64,000 nt of DNA from a virus (Duplodnaviria; Caudoviricetes), in IMG/VR virus record IMGVR_UViG_2786546892_000017; one strand, given 5' to 3'. The notes beneath the pieces are model-generated. The model worked only from the letters and a program-made list of their open reading frames with translations. It ran no database searches and was not told the DNA's origin. Made by a program: the position numbers and the translations under genes. This document shows, in pieces, positions 9,693 to 19,124 of this stretch (within the stretch, counting starts at the first letter, position 1; each line of letters starts with the position of its first letter).

Positions 9693-11621
9693 TCAATCGG
9701 CCGGCGGTTCCTCCTTCGGTTTCCGTTTTCGGTCCCATCGCGACGCGACCGCGGGTCGCACCTTGAGTTCGCGGTACGGGTCGGTCAAGCCTTCGGCCGC
9801 CATCAGCCGAGCGTACGCGTACGCCCGTTTCACGGTCATCCGGTTGATGTCCAGTTCGGCGGCGATCTCGTTGAGGCTCGCGTCCGGGCGGGCCGCCTTG
9901 GCCGCCAGGCACGCCGGCAGGTGACGGACGTGGACGGGCGGTTGGAACAGGTCGAGCGTCGTCGACGCCTCGAACGGCGGCTCCCCGGGGGCCGCCCAGG
10001 CGTCGAACCGGAGGGTGATCGTGGCCCGGGGCCGGATCGCCGGGCGGTCGAGTTGTTGGACCGGGCGGATGACGAAGACCGGGAGCAACCGCCGCAGGAT
10101 CTCGGCGAACTCCGCGGAGGTCTCGGCCATTCGCTCGATCGCTTCGTCCAGGCGGGCGGCCACGTCGGCGGCCGAGGTGAATTCCCCGGCCGCATCGTGC
10201 TCCTCGGCCACCCGGGACCGCTCGCCGCGAGCGGCTTGGAGGGCGTCCTGAACCTCTTTCAACTCGGTCACCAGCGCCTCGAGTTCCCCGCCCAGGCCGA
10301 TCGCGGTCGCGAGTCGCTTCGCCCGGACCTCGAGATCCGCGATCTGCCCGTCGAGGGTGTTCCCGGACTTCTGGCGGCGGCGGCGGTGCCGCCCGAACTC
10401 GGCCCAGGCGGCGGCCGCGAGGGTCTCCCGAAACCCCGCCTGGTCGCCGATGATGCTCATGACCCACGGGATCACGACGGCCCGAACCGTAGCGATGTCG
10501 ACCTGGACGTGATTCCAGCAACTCCGGGTGCTCCCGGCGAGCGTGTTCTGGCAACGGAGCAACGTGCCGTACTGATACATCCGGCCGCCGCAACACCCGC
10601 ACGTCGCGCTCTGGCCCGGCCACCGCGTCCGTTTCCGCGGCTGCCGCCAGAGCGGGTTCTCTTTGCCCGCCCGCTGCCGCTTCGCCGACGCGGTCCGGCG
10701 GGCCTCCACGACCTCCAGGACCGCCGCGTGCTCGTCGGGCGTCAGGTGGCCCAATTCGGGGTACTCTTTCTCCTCGGGCGGGGCCGGGTTCGGGCACGAC
10801 CGGTGTTTCCCGGTCCCGTACACCATTTTCGTGATGGTCGTCCGGAACCGCCGCCGCCCGCTCAGGATCGGGTCGCGGAGCAAGTCCTTGACCGTCCGCC
10901 CGGTCCACTGCTCGCGGTCCACGTACGCGCCCGGCGAAACCCCGTCCTGGTTCAACCGGTCGGCGACCCGCACGTAACTCCACCCCGCGACCACCCACGC
11001 GGCCATCTGGCGGATTGTAGCCGTACAGTCCGGCCGCTTGGCGATCCGCAGGCCGACCGGACCGAAGGTCCCGCCGGCCGCCTCCTCCCGGGTCAACTTA
11101 CGGTACCCGTACTTGATCTTGAGGACCATTCCGCCGTGGGCGAACGACGACGTCGCCTTCCGCCGCACCCGCTGCCGCGCCTCCGGCACCGTCATCCCGT
11201 GCCGCAGCGACGCCGTGTGCATCATGACTTCCCAGTTCACGTCGGCCGTGTCAATGTTGTCGGCGAGCGACACGAACCGGACATCGGCGTCCAGGCACGC
11301 CTGGACGAAGCCCCACTGCATGCGGGGGTTCCGGTAGATCTCCCGCAGCTCGGTCACGAGGACCAGGTCCCAGTCTCCGGACGTGACGAGTTCGTCGGCC
11401 TCGACCATCGTCTGCCGGTCGACGACCCAGCCACTGGCCTGCTCGCCCAACCGCCGGATCTCGGTCGGACCCGCGTACACCCGCTGTAACCACCGCTCCG
11501 CGTCCTCGTGTTGCGAGGTGATACTCGCCATGTCTTGACCGGGGGTCGAGATGCGGCCCGGGATGATCACCCGTAGGACTTTGTCGGTGCCCCGGGGGAC
11601 GAGAGGTGTTCCGAGATTCAT
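9693..11621 (-). CDS. Large serine recombinase
   Basis: GRISTPGQ catalytic motif, YGY recombinase region, Zn ribbon CGCCGGRM..C..C, coiled coil; ATGA overlap with the integrase stop. Confidence 0.85.
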   Translation of the reverse strand: MNLGTPLVPRGTDKVLRVIIPGRISTPGQDMASITSQHEDAERWLQRVYAGPTEIRRLGEQASGWVVDRQTMVEADELVTSGDWDLVLVTELREIYRNPRMQWGFVQACLDADVRFVSLADNIDTADVNWEVMMHTASLRHGMTVPEARQRVRRKATSSFAHGGMVLKIKYGYRKLTREEAAGGTFGPVGLRIAKRPDCTATIRQMAAWVVAGWSYVRVADRLNQDGVSPGAYVDREQWTGRTVKDLLRDPILSGRRRFRTTITKMVYGTGKHRSCPNPAPPEEKEYPELGHLTPDEHAAVLEVVEARRTASAKRQRAGKENPLWRQPRKRTRWPGQSATCGCCGGRMYQYGTLLRCQNTLAGSTRSCWNHVQVDIATVRAVVIPWVMSIIGDQAGFRETLAAAAWAEFGRHRRRRQKSGNTLDGQIADLEVRAKRLATAIGLGGELEALVTELKEVQDALQAARGERSRVAEEHDAAGEFTSAADVAARLDEAIERMAETSAEFAEILRRLLPVFVIRPVQQLDRPAIRPRATITLRFDAWAAPGEPPFEASTTLDLFQPPVHVRHLPACLAAKAARPDASLNEIAAELDINRMTVKRAYAYARLMAAEGLTDPYRELKVRPAVASRWDRKRKPKEEPPAD

Positions 11622-12973
11622 CGGGCACCTCCTTTCGCGACCCCGGCGGCCCAGGCGAGCGACGCCGGCCACCGCCGCAGGGCGGCCTCGATCTGCCCCC
11701 GCTGGGTCTCCGGTCGGGTGTGCGTGTAATTCGCCGTCATCCCCAGCCCCCCGCCCGGCGGCCGGTGGCCGAGGGTAATCTGGCGGACCAGGGGGTCGAC
11801 GTTGGCGTCCTGTAGGAGCGTCGCGAACGTGTGCCGCCACGATTTCGGGCACGTCGCGTCGGGGCGGCCGAGGGCGGCCATCGTTCGTACGAACGACGCG
11901 CGGACATCGTCCGCCCGGACCGCCCCCGCGTCCTTCCAGACAGATCGCGCGACCCGCAGGGCGTCCGCCCGGGACGCCCCCGATCCGCTGCCCTCTTGCC
12001 GCTGGAGGCAGACCCGTTCCAGCTCGCGGTGGTCGCCGCTCAGAGCCGGGGTGGTCCCGCGCTCGAACGACTCCCGGAGGAAGACCGGACCGGACCGCCG
12101 GGGGCCGATCACCCGCCGGAGGACGGCCACCCCCTCGGGGAGAACCGGGACGGACCGCTCCGACCCCGTCTTGATCCGCCACCCGAGGGCGGTTTTGTTC
12201 CGGACGTGCAACCACCCGGCCGCAAGGTCCAGGTCCTCAATGAGCAAGTGGGTCAACTCGCCGACCCGGAGCCCGGTCTTGGCCAGCGTGAAATGAATCG
12301 GCCCGGCCCACGGGGACGCGGACATCAGGAACGCCAACTCAGTGGCCGCATCGAACACGAAAATCGGTTTCGCATCGGTGATCGTCATCCGGTCGAGCGG
12401 GAGTTCGGCGAATGGGTTGCCGGCATACGGCGGCAGGTGCCGCCGCTTGGCCGCGAACGCGTACATCGCTCGGCACGTTTCCAGAATAAATTGGACGCCC
12501 TTGTCGCGGAGTCGCCTTCGGGCGGTGTTCGGGTGCCCGTTCGGGGCAACCTCGACCACCCGCAGGTGGGCGACGAAGCGGTCGGGGTTGACATCGTGGG
12601 CCAGCGGCGGGCGGGGTTGGCGGGCGGCGAAGTCGGCCAGGTGACGGGTGGCCGCGCGATACCGGGTGACGGTCGCCAGCGAGGAGTTGAGAACGTGTTC
12701 GTGGTAGATGAGGAATTCGTCCCGCAGCGCCGCCACGCTGACCGGGGTGAACGCCAACAGGGTCGGGGCGCCGGCCGCCAACTGGGCGTTGACCTGGGCG
12801 GCCACCCGGACGGCCTCGTCCTTCGTCGCGGCGACTTTCCGGCGGACCGGCCGCCCGGCGTCGCGGTAGTACACCCACCACGCGCCGTGGTGGAAATAGA
12901 CGGACACCCGGCCGACGCGGTGCCGAGCCGGCCGACCCTTCTTGCGAGACGACACGATCACACTCCCGTGCAC
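11618..12973 (-). CDS. Tyrosine recombinase/integrase
   Basis: TGLRVGEL, KSWRHTFAT, LGH and YTH motifs. Confidence 0.92.
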   Translation of the reverse strand: MHGSVIVSSRKKGRPARHRVGRVSVYFHHGAWWVYYRDAGRPVRRKVAATKDEAVRVAAQVNAQLAAGAPTLLAFTPVSVAALRDEFLIYHEHVLNSSLATVTRYRAATRHLADFAARQPRPPLAHDVNPDRFVAHLRVVEVAPNGHPNTARRRLRDKGVQFILETCRAMYAFAAKRRHLPPYAGNPFAELPLDRMTITDAKPIFVFDAATELAFLMSASPWAGPIHFTLAKTGLRVGELTHLLIEDLDLAAGWLHVRNKTALGWRIKTGSERSVPVLPEGVAVLRRVIGPRRSGPVFLRESFERGTTPALSGDHRELERVCLQRQEGSGSGASRADALRVARSVWKDAGAVRADDVRASFVRTMAALGRPDATCPKSWRHTFATLLQDANVDPLVRQITLGHRPPGGGLGMTANYTHTRPETQRGQIEAALRRWPASLAWAAGVAKGGAR

Positions 12974-12996
12974 CGAATGTGCACCGAATGTGCACC
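12968..12996. repeat. 11-bp tandem repeat GTGCACCGAAT x2.6; putative integrase arm-type sites
   Basis: Directly visible between the integrase start and the tRNA. Confidence 0.7.
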
Positions 12997-13076
12997 AGAG
13001 ACGTGTCGATGACGGAGGGAAAATGACGCAAGCGATTGGAATTTATCGGCTTACGTCACGCGAACAGAAAATGAAA

Positions 13077-13164
13077 CGGAGAGGGAGGGATTCGAACCCT
13101 CGGTAAGGACAAGCCCTACTCCGGTTTTCAAGACCGGCCCATTAAACCACTCTGGCACCTCTCC
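13077..13164 (-). tRNA. tRNA-Ser (anticodon TGA), CCA not encoded
   Basis: Acceptor stem GGAGAGG/CCTCTCC, anticodon arm CCGGT-CTTGAAA-ACCGG, long variable arm, T arm GAGGG-TTCGAAT-CCCTC. Confidence 0.97.
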
Positions 13165-13198
13165 AAATATTGATCTCCTTACGTGTCAACATCTTGCG

Positions 13199-14347
13199 TC
13201 ATTTGCTCGGATCCTCACTTGTTACTGTTTCGAACGTATGGCAAACCCGTGGCAAACCGGAACTAATTGGCTCCACTGGGGCATTGTACATCCCCAGGAA
13301 GGCGTCGGTGAGACGGATCTGATCGTTTTGCAGGGCGTGACCGTAGACCCGCAGGACCATCGACGGGTCGGAGTGCCCGAGGCGGCGGGCCACGCTCAGA
13401 ACGTTGGCGCCGCTCGACATAAGGAGGGTGGCTCCTGTGTGGCGCAGTTCGCCCGGCACCCATCCCTTCAGGCCGGCGGCTGCGGCCAGCACCTTCCACT
13501 GCGAAACGAGTCCGTAGTAGGAGATGTGGCCGCGAGACGTACCGGGGAAGATCCAATCGGTCGACTTGCAGACCTTGCGGTAGGTGTCCAAAGCCGTAAT
13601 CGTCGGCATAGTCAGCGGGACGGTACGCCGGCTGAATTCGTTTTTCAGCCCCTTCACCTCTCCAGTCTCGGGGCAGATGGCTCTCACGATTTTGATTTGC
13701 CGGCCGTCGTAGTCTTCCCAGCGGAGGGCGATCAGTTCTCGGGGTCGCGTACAGCACTCCACCCCGAGCCGGACGATGATTCCGAAGTGCGGCCGTTTGG
13801 CGAAATCGTCGGCGACTTTCACGAGGCCGACGAACTGCTCCAATGTGAGCGATCGCCGTTTCGCCCGAACCACCTTCGGGGGCGTGATTTTATCGAGCGT
13901 CGAATTCGGTAACGTGGGATGGGAGCGGAGTATCTTCGAGAGCGTGGAGAACGCGCGGTGCCGCTGGTCGGCGGACTTGCCGGCCTTCATCATGCTCGTC
14001 AGCCACTTGCGTACCTTCGCGGCCAGCTCGACATGATCAGCGACGAGACACTTCGCCAGGTCGGGACGTATCAGCGACTCAATCACTTCCTTGTCTCGGC
14101 CGACCGTCTTGGCCTCTACCTGCGTCTCTTGAATCGCAATCCATTCGTCCAGCCATTCCCCGAGCGTACCCGAATCCTTTGGCCGGTCGACGTGCTCGCG
14201 GATCCACGCCAGGGCATCCGTCTTCCGGTCGAATACCTTGGATCGGCCTGGACCGTTCGGCCCCGGGAGTTTCGCGCGGAACTGGCCGTCGCCATGCGGT
14301 AGGGCAGACCCTTCACCTTGCCCGCGGGAGCCTTTTTTTTTGGCCAC
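13199..14347 (-). CDS. Phage tyrosine integrase
   Basis: RPRELIALRWED, LRHTGAT, RLGH and VYGH motifs; adjacent to tRNA. Confidence 0.95.
   Translation of the reverse strand: MAKKKGSRGQGEGSALPHGDGQFRAKLPGPNGPGRSKVFDRKTDALAWIREHVDRPKDSGTLGEWLDEWIAIQETQVEAKTVGRDKEVIESLIRPDLAKCLVADHVELAAKVRKWLTSMMKAGKSADQRHRAFSTLSKILRSHPTLPNSTLDKITPPKVVRAKRRSLTLEQFVGLVKVADDFAKRPHFGIIVRLGVECCTRPRELIALRWEDYDGRQIKIVRAICPETGEVKGLKNEFSRRTVPLTMPTITALDTYRKVCKSTDWIFPGTSRGHISYYGLVSQWKVLAAAAGLKGWVPGELRHTGATLLMSSGANVLSVARRLGHSDPSMVLRVYGHALQNDQIRLTDAFLGMYNAPVEPISSGLPRVCHTFETVTSEDPSK
13239..13260. repeat. 11-bp tandem repeat TGGCAAACC(C/G)G x2; putative arm-type sites of the phage integrase
   Basis: Directly visible in the integrase 3' end. 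Confidence 0.6.
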
Positions 14348-14464
14348 GGCGACAGCTCCTTCGGGGAGTTATTTCGCGGAATCTGATTCAACCGTCTTTG
14401 CGAATCCCGGTCAGGCAAGTTTTACTTAAATCACCACTCCATTCCACCCCAGAGATTTCGCACC

Positions 14465-14683
14465 GTGAACGCCCAGACCATCCTCATCCGCTGCATCGAC
14501 GTCGGTTGCGGCACCAACACCGCGACCGTCCGCGATGCCCGCACTGGGCAGACGGTCAAGATCCGAGACGCGCGACTCGTCACGGGACCGAACGGGTGGT
14601 TGTGCGTGGAAGCGGAGATCATGACCGCCGTGGCGAAATCGGCTCTGGTGAAATTGTCCGACGGTCAAACCATCTGGATCTGA
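14465..14683 (+). CDS. Hypothetical phage protein
   Basis: Compact ORF divergent from integrase. Confidence 0.55.
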   Translation: MNAQTILIRCIDVGCGTNTATVRDARTGQTVKIRDARLVTGPNGWLCVEAEIMTAVAKSALVKLSDGQTIWI

Positions 14684-14687
14684 AGCC

Positions 14688-14894
14688 ATGTTCAAAGATA
14701 AACCACGGCATCTGAAGCTCTTCGTCGCCTCATCCCCGCGTCTCCACCCCATCCTCCTCTCCGCCCTCCGCGACCTGCTCCTCTCGGGCGACGTGGCCGC
14801 CCCGACGGTGTGGGCCGCGATGACGGGGGAGAGTCCGCCGCCAGGGGCGAGACTAGTGAACCAGGTGAAAAGAATTTCGCGAGAATCGTATTGA
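14688..14894 (+). CDS. Hypothetical phage protein
   Basis: Starts 4 bp after the previous ORF. Confidence 0.5.
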   Translation: MFKDKPRHLKLFVASSPRLHPILLSALRDLLLSGDVAAPTVWAAMTGESPPPGARLVNQVKRISRESY

Positions 14895-14919
14895 CACCTG
14901 TTTTATAGGGAGCTAATAT
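14891..14919 (+). promoter_or_regulatory. Sigma70-type promoter
   Basis: TTGACA-N17-TAATAT. Confidence 0.8.
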
Positions 14920-14964
14920 TACATGTGTGATGTATGTGGATAACCTTAACCACGGAGACGAGCC

Positions 14965-15240
14965 ATGACGACCAAGACGACCGCCGCGAACTTGGAAGCC
15001 GCCAGCCTGCGGGCAAAACTTTTCGCGATGGTGAACGAGTTCAAGGATTTGGCGTCTCAGATCAGCAATTCCGAGGCGGGCGATTTTGACTCGCGTTTCG
15101 AGGCGGGAAATCAGGCCGATGCGGTGGCCTGCCTGCTGGCAGACGTTCACGGGAAAATCAGCGGGTCCGGCCCGAAATACGACCTTTTCATTGACGCGCA
15201 CCGTGACGATAAGGACCAATCGTTCGCGTTCCAAATCTAA
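14965..15240 (+). CDS. Hypothetical phage protein
   Basis: GGAG RBS, downstream of consensus promoter. Confidence 0.75.
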   Translation: MTTKTTAANLEAASLRAKLFAMVNEFKDLASQISNSEAGDFDSRFEAGNQADAVACLLADVHGKISGSGPKYDLFIDAHRDDKDQSFAFQI

Positions 15241-15259
15241 CCTTGAACCAAGTGATCCT

Positions 15260-15661
15260 GTGCCTGATATCCCCCACACCCCCGAGAAGCGTGGCCGCGG
15301 TCGCCCCCGGACCCGGCCGGAAGGTGCCAAAGAGCGGAAGGTCTGGCTGACGGACGAAGAATTTGCGGGCGTACAAAAAGATGCGGCGGCCTTCCGCCTA
15401 TCAGTCGAGGAACTGGCGAGACGGCGTCTATTGAAGATCCCCGAACTTGACCCCGAGACACCCATGATTCTCCAAACCTTTCGTCACGGTCGAATCATTG
15501 ACACCGAGATAGTCGGCTCAACTTGGCAAGCCGCGATACTCGTTCGTCAGCGGATACCACCCGCTTCGACGGCGAATGCGGGTTGTGATTTCATTCTGGT
15601 GGATGGCAACCAGAAACATTACTGGGCACCCGTCGGCGAATGGGCACCGTTGCCGGGGTAA
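15260..15661 (+). CDS. Putative DNA-binding protein (AT-hook-like KRGRGRPR followed by an RHH-like segment)
   Basis: Motif in translation; start estimated. Confidence 0.55.
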   Translation: MPDIPHTPEKRGRGRPRTRPEGAKERKVWLTDEEFAGVQKDAAAFRLSVEELARRRLLKIPELDPETPMILQTFRHGRIIDTEIVGSTWQAAILVRQRIPPASTANAGCDFILVDGNQKHYWAPVGEWAPLPG

Positions 15662-15664
15662 TCT

Positions 15665-16078
15665 GTGAGCGCGCGTCAATCCGCCAACTACACCCACCAA
15701 CCCGGCGACACCCGCCCGCCCTTCCACGTCGCCGTCATGGCCGAGCCAGGTCTCACGATCGATGCAGGCACGCTCTACCGGCGACTCATAATTCTCCTCC
15801 GTGACAAGCGACAGACGCACCGGATCAACTTCCACACGATCTTCGGCGAGCCCCTGAGTGCCACATTGAGCGAGGTAGCTGAGCGGTTCAACGACCGCCC
15901 CTCAGCCACGGCGTGCGCGGCCCGCGGCTACTGGCCCGGCCATATGAAGTCGGCCGTGCGGGTGCTGAGCCTGGTCAACGCGGCGGTGTGGTTCTGCGAG
16001 GCAGAGACGGACGGGGCGCGGTGGCTGGTGGATGTGGGGAGGAGGGTTGGGGTGCCGGTGAGAATCGTGAGGCTATGA
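15665..16078 (+). CDS. Hypothetical protein
   Basis: Tightly packed ORF. Confidence 0.55.
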   Translation: MSARQSANYTHQPGDTRPPFHVAVMAEPGLTIDAGTLYRRLIILLRDKRQTHRINFHTIFGEPLSATLSEVAERFNDRPSATACAARGYWPGHMKSAVRVLSLVNAAVWFCEAETDGARWLVDVGRRVGVPVRIVRL

Positions 16079-16158
16079 AATGGCCGGGGCGTCGTGCCAG
16101 AGGTTTTTCAGGCCTCCGACACACCGCCCCGTCTTGTCGCAGTCTGAGCAAAGAGATC

Positions 16159-16527
16159 TTACTCGGCGGCCGGCGGGGATGTCAACGACTCCCGTCGCTT
16201 CGCCCGCTTTCTCTCCAAATACCGCATTAGCCGCTCTGCGTCTTCGGCGGCGGCTTGTTGGACGGCCACGAGCCGAGCAGAGCAGGCGGCCACCTCGTCC
16301 AATTCATCGTCGCACGGTTCTGGGTAGACGGCATCGCGGTCGGCCTCGGCCAATTCCGCACGGGCTGCTTTATCGCCCAAGTAGGCCACCGACACGCGGA
16401 CCGCGTCCGAGACCAGTTGGTGCAAACAGAACAAGTCGCGGTGCTTGATCGTTAGCGTCCACGCGGTCTCGATTATCCGCCGGGCACTTTTCTTTACGTC
16501 GGCATCAGTTTCCATTGTCGTGGTCAC
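16159..16527 (-). CDS. Hypothetical phage protein
   Basis: Last of a coupled minus-strand run; GGAG RBS. Confidence 0.65.
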   Translation of the reverse strand: MTTTMETDADVKKSARRIIETAWTLTIKHRDLFCLHQLVSDAVRVSVAYLGDKAARAELAEADRDAVYPEPCDDELDEVAACSARLVAVQQAAAEDAERLMRYLERKRAKRRESLTSPPAAE

Positions 16528-16865
16528 TCCTTGGTGTAAATGGCCTCATCTCGCCCCAGCTTTACTGCTGCCGCCAGCCACCCCTTCAGCGTTGCGACCC
16601 GGTTTTCTTCCGCGGCCAGACTCGCTTCGGCTCGCTCAATGGCTTCCCGCGCGGTGGGGATCGCGTTTGCTTCGAGGAACCTGATGGCGGACTCGACCGC
16701 TTCCTTCGGCGATGCGGACAGGTGCCTCCGCGCCAACGGAACCACCCCGCCGTGTCCACGCCGTCGGACGAGCACTCGCCTTGTGTCGATGGTGCAGGGG
16801 CCGACGTAGTCGTACTCCTCGATGTCGAGAGAGTCGCGGTCGCACCAGTAGAGTTTCGGGTTCAT
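16524..16865 (-). CDS. Hypothetical phage protein with coiled-coil C-terminus
   Basis: ATG 16865 with GGAG RBS. Confidence 0.65.
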   Translation of the reverse strand: MNPKLYWCDRDSLDIEEYDYVGPCTIDTRRVLVRRRGHGGVVPLARRHLSASPKEAVESAIRFLEANAIPTAREAIERAEASLAAEENRVATLKGWLAAAVKLGRDEAIYTKE

Positions 16866-16873
16866 CGTCGCGA

Positions 16874-17290
16874 TCACTCCTTCGGAGCCAACAATTCCGC
16901 CGCCCGCTCGAACGCCGGCAGCATCTTGACGCTGATATTCACGATCGCGTCCGCCATAATCTGAGTGCTCCCGGTCACCGTGACGGGCACCATGACGGCA
17001 TGTTGTGTCGGCCAACCTAGACGGTGCCGGTCGGCGAACGGCCGGAGGGCGGCTTCCAACTCCGCGACCCGCTTCTTCATCGCCCGGTTCTCGAATAACT
17101 TCTGAGCGTCGTATACCAGCCGATCCAAACTCTCCTCGATCGCGTCCCAATCCGCGTCCCGACCGTTGAACGGTTGGAGCGGGGTGTGGTACTGCTCGAT
17201 GCCCTTGATCCGACGTTTCTGCATCCAGTCGATCACGACGAGCCACAGGTCGGGGCCGTCGTTGGGGACGGGCGGGGGTTGCTCACTCAC
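16874..17290 (-). CDS. Hypothetical phage protein (YHTPLQPFNGRD..EESLD motif)
   Basis: Coupled GTGA start; motif typical of small phage proteins. Confidence 0.7.
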   Translation of the reverse strand: MSEQPPPVPNDGPDLWLVVIDWMQKRRIKGIEQYHTPLQPFNGRDADWDAIEESLDRLVYDAQKLFENRAMKKRVAELEAALRPFADRHRLGWPTQHAVMVPVTVTGSTQIMADAIVNISVKMLPAFERAAELLAPKE

Positions 17291-17499
17291 CGGCTCACCG
17301 CCTGCCCGCATCTGTGACACGTCCATCGGTTCATCCAATTCGGGGTAGGGTCGGATTTGACAACACCAATGCGACAGGCGGGGCACCTGAGAAACCCATT
17401 ACACTCGCCGCGGCAGCACCAGCCGTCCACCAGGACGCCGCTCGGTTGCTTGCAGCGGGCGCAGATCATTGGGGTGTAGGGCGGGGGCTGGTCAGGCAT
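17287..17499 (-). CDS. Small Cys-rich (zinc-finger-like) protein
   Basis: Several CxxC motifs. Confidence 0.55.
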   Translation of the reverse strand: MPDQPPPYTPMICARCKQPSGVLVDGWCCRGECNGFLRCPACRIGVVKSDPTPNWMNRWTCHRCGQAVSR

Positions 17500-18184
17500 G
17501 GGCGGCGGTCTCCGCGGGGGCGGGCAAGGGGGGAAGGCCGGCGGCATCGCGGGCGAATGAGACAAACGCGCCCCGGATCGCCACGACTAGCCGCGATAAG
17601 TTGGCCGATTCCATTGACTCGGGAGACATCCGCTCCAACAGACACGGTGGCAGGCTAGAGGAAATCGCCCACCTCGACGTTGTCGGTTCCCACCTTATAA
17701 AAGAGAGGGCATTATCAATCTCAATCGTTTCGATTGGATGGCGGCTGAAAATCCGGTCAGCATTCAGGATCAACGCTACAAGAGAACCACTGATATACCA
17801 GACAAACCCTCGTTCCCATTTCTGGACCCCTGGTGTGTCGTAAGGCTGCCAAAAACCATTTAGCGACATCCTCGACCCGAACCACGAACCGTCAATTTTT
17901 TGCACAGGGCACCACGAAAAATTGCGACCATCGGTTTCGCTCATCGGTGAAGCCCATTTCTTCCGATTTCTGCGAAAAAGCTGACTGACACTCTTCCTGA
18001 TGGAGATCCGGCGGAAGTCATTCAATCCTGAGGCTGATGATTCGATTTGATAACGAATCAGCCTCGCTCTGTCCACGCTCTCCCGATCCCCCTGTTCCTC
18101 CAGCCAATCCGCCATCACGAGCCGCGGCAGGTCGTCGGCCGGGGTCTCCAGGATCGCGCGGAGGAGGGATTCGCCGGCGGTCAT
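17492..18184 (-). CDS. TIGR02996 (repeat-companion) domain protein
   Basis: LLRAILETPADDLPRLVMADWLEEQGD; WERGFV. Confidence 0.85.
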   Translation of the reverse strand: MTAGESLLRAILETPADDLPRLVMADWLEEQGDRESVDRARLIRYQIESSASGLNDFRRISIRKSVSQLFRRNRKKWASPMSETDGRNFSWCPVQKIDGSWFGSRMSLNGFWQPYDTPGVQKWERGFVWYISGSLVALILNADRIFSRHPIETIEIDNALSFIRWEPTTSRWAISSSLPPCLLERMSPESMESANLSRLVVAIRGAFVSFARDAAGLPPLPAPAETAAHA

Positions 18185-18375
18185 ACGCTCACGCCCTCAT
18201 CTGTCCCTGTGTCACCCGACATATCTCCCCCGATTGCCCACTTCTGACGATAGTCGCAGTCGGGGCATACCCACCCTTTGCGAGTCGGCACCAACAGGCC
18301 GTGCCGAGAATCGTTTCCGCATGTGTATCAGCACCGCGGCCAGGAACGCCCGGGTGCGGGCGGCGATGCCGTAGT

Positions 18376-18654
18376 CTAGACAAGACGATCCGGTGTTATT
18401 CGGTCGTGAAACACCTGCTTCGCCCACGCCCCGGCACCCTGGTAAGCGACGACCAGTGCGGGTCGGCCGGTGTGATCGCAGAACAGGTAGCCCTTCACTT
18501 CGCCGTCTTCCGCCTTGCGAAGTCCAGTCGGGCGGAACCGTACTTTGGTGCCGATCGGGTACAGTCGTTTCAAGATTCGCTGCACGTTCTTGTTGATGCG
18601 CCCGACGTTATTGCACCGCTCGATTATGTCTGCGCGTGAGGCAGTGTGGGTCAT
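18376..18654 (-). CDS. Hypothetical phage protein
   Basis: Coupled ORF in operon. Confidence 0.6.
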   Translation of the reverse strand: MTHTASRADIIERCNNVGRINKNVQRILKRLYPIGTKVRFRPTGLRKAEDGEVKGYLFCDHTGRPALVVAYQGAGAWAKQVFHDRITPDRLV

Positions 18655-19124
18655 TTCTTACCCTTCTTTGCAGGTGACGACTCGTCACCTACCGGCCTTG
18701 GTGGGTCGAGTAAGCTACAGATCGGCAACCGGAGGGCTTCTTCGATTCGCAACAGCGAAAGAATGCTCACCAAATGTCGGCCCCGCTCCATCCTTGAAAG
18801 GTGCGTGTTCCTGATCCCCACGACAGCAGCCAAGTCCTTTTGGGCAACGCCTGCCGCTGAGCGAGCAGCACGCACCGCGGCGCCGACATCCCGAGCCAAT
18901 CCGGAAACATCTCCCCGCGGGGATCGCGTCGCAGACCCGTGGCACTTCCGACATAGCGTTTCACAGACGCCGGGTGCCAAACTGTATCCACTCCCCGGCA
19001 CCGTCCGGTGAACATCCAGCCCACGGCCTTCTGTGGCCCGGTGGTCGTCTTGAGATACCCCGCACTTCAGACACCGATGGCCATCACGTTTGCGAACCGC
19101 TTCTTTCACGTCGGATTCGGTCAT
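18651..19124 (-). CDS. HNH-like zinc-binding domain fused to XRE HTH
   Basis: RDGHRCLKCG..LDVH..TLCRKCH then AGVAQKDLA..HLSRMERG. Confidence 0.75.
   Translation of the reverse strand: MTESDVKEAVRKRDGHRCLKCGVSQDDHRATEGRGLDVHRTVPGSGYSLAPGVCETLCRKCHGSATRSPRGDVSGLARDVGAAVRAARSAAGVAQKDLAAVVGIRNTHLSRMERGRHLVSILSLLRIEEALRLPICSLLDPPRPVGDESSPAKKGKK

Larger units (their letters stand above)
1..13076. mobile_element. Integrative genomic island at the 3' end of tRNA-Ser (left boundary outside window), partly decayed
   Basis: Tyrosine integrase plus serine recombinase next to the tRNA 3' end; visibly higher GC than the prophage; arm-type repeats at 12968-12996. Confidence 0.8.

Noticed and set aside
9693-12215. 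840-aa recombinase as listed in the ORF track
   Set aside because: The first ~198 codons overlap the integrase; the plausible start is the coupled ATG at 11621
1-13012. Long plus-strand ORFs (e.g. 1354..3012, 3908..5698, 5439..7046, 9651..11489)
   Set aside because: Antisense shadows of real minus-strand genes in high-GC DNA; Arg/Pro-rich and without motifs
14410-14420. GTCAGGCAAG as a motif-1 copy
   Set aside because: Core mismatch and no convincing -10 hexamer at the conserved spacing
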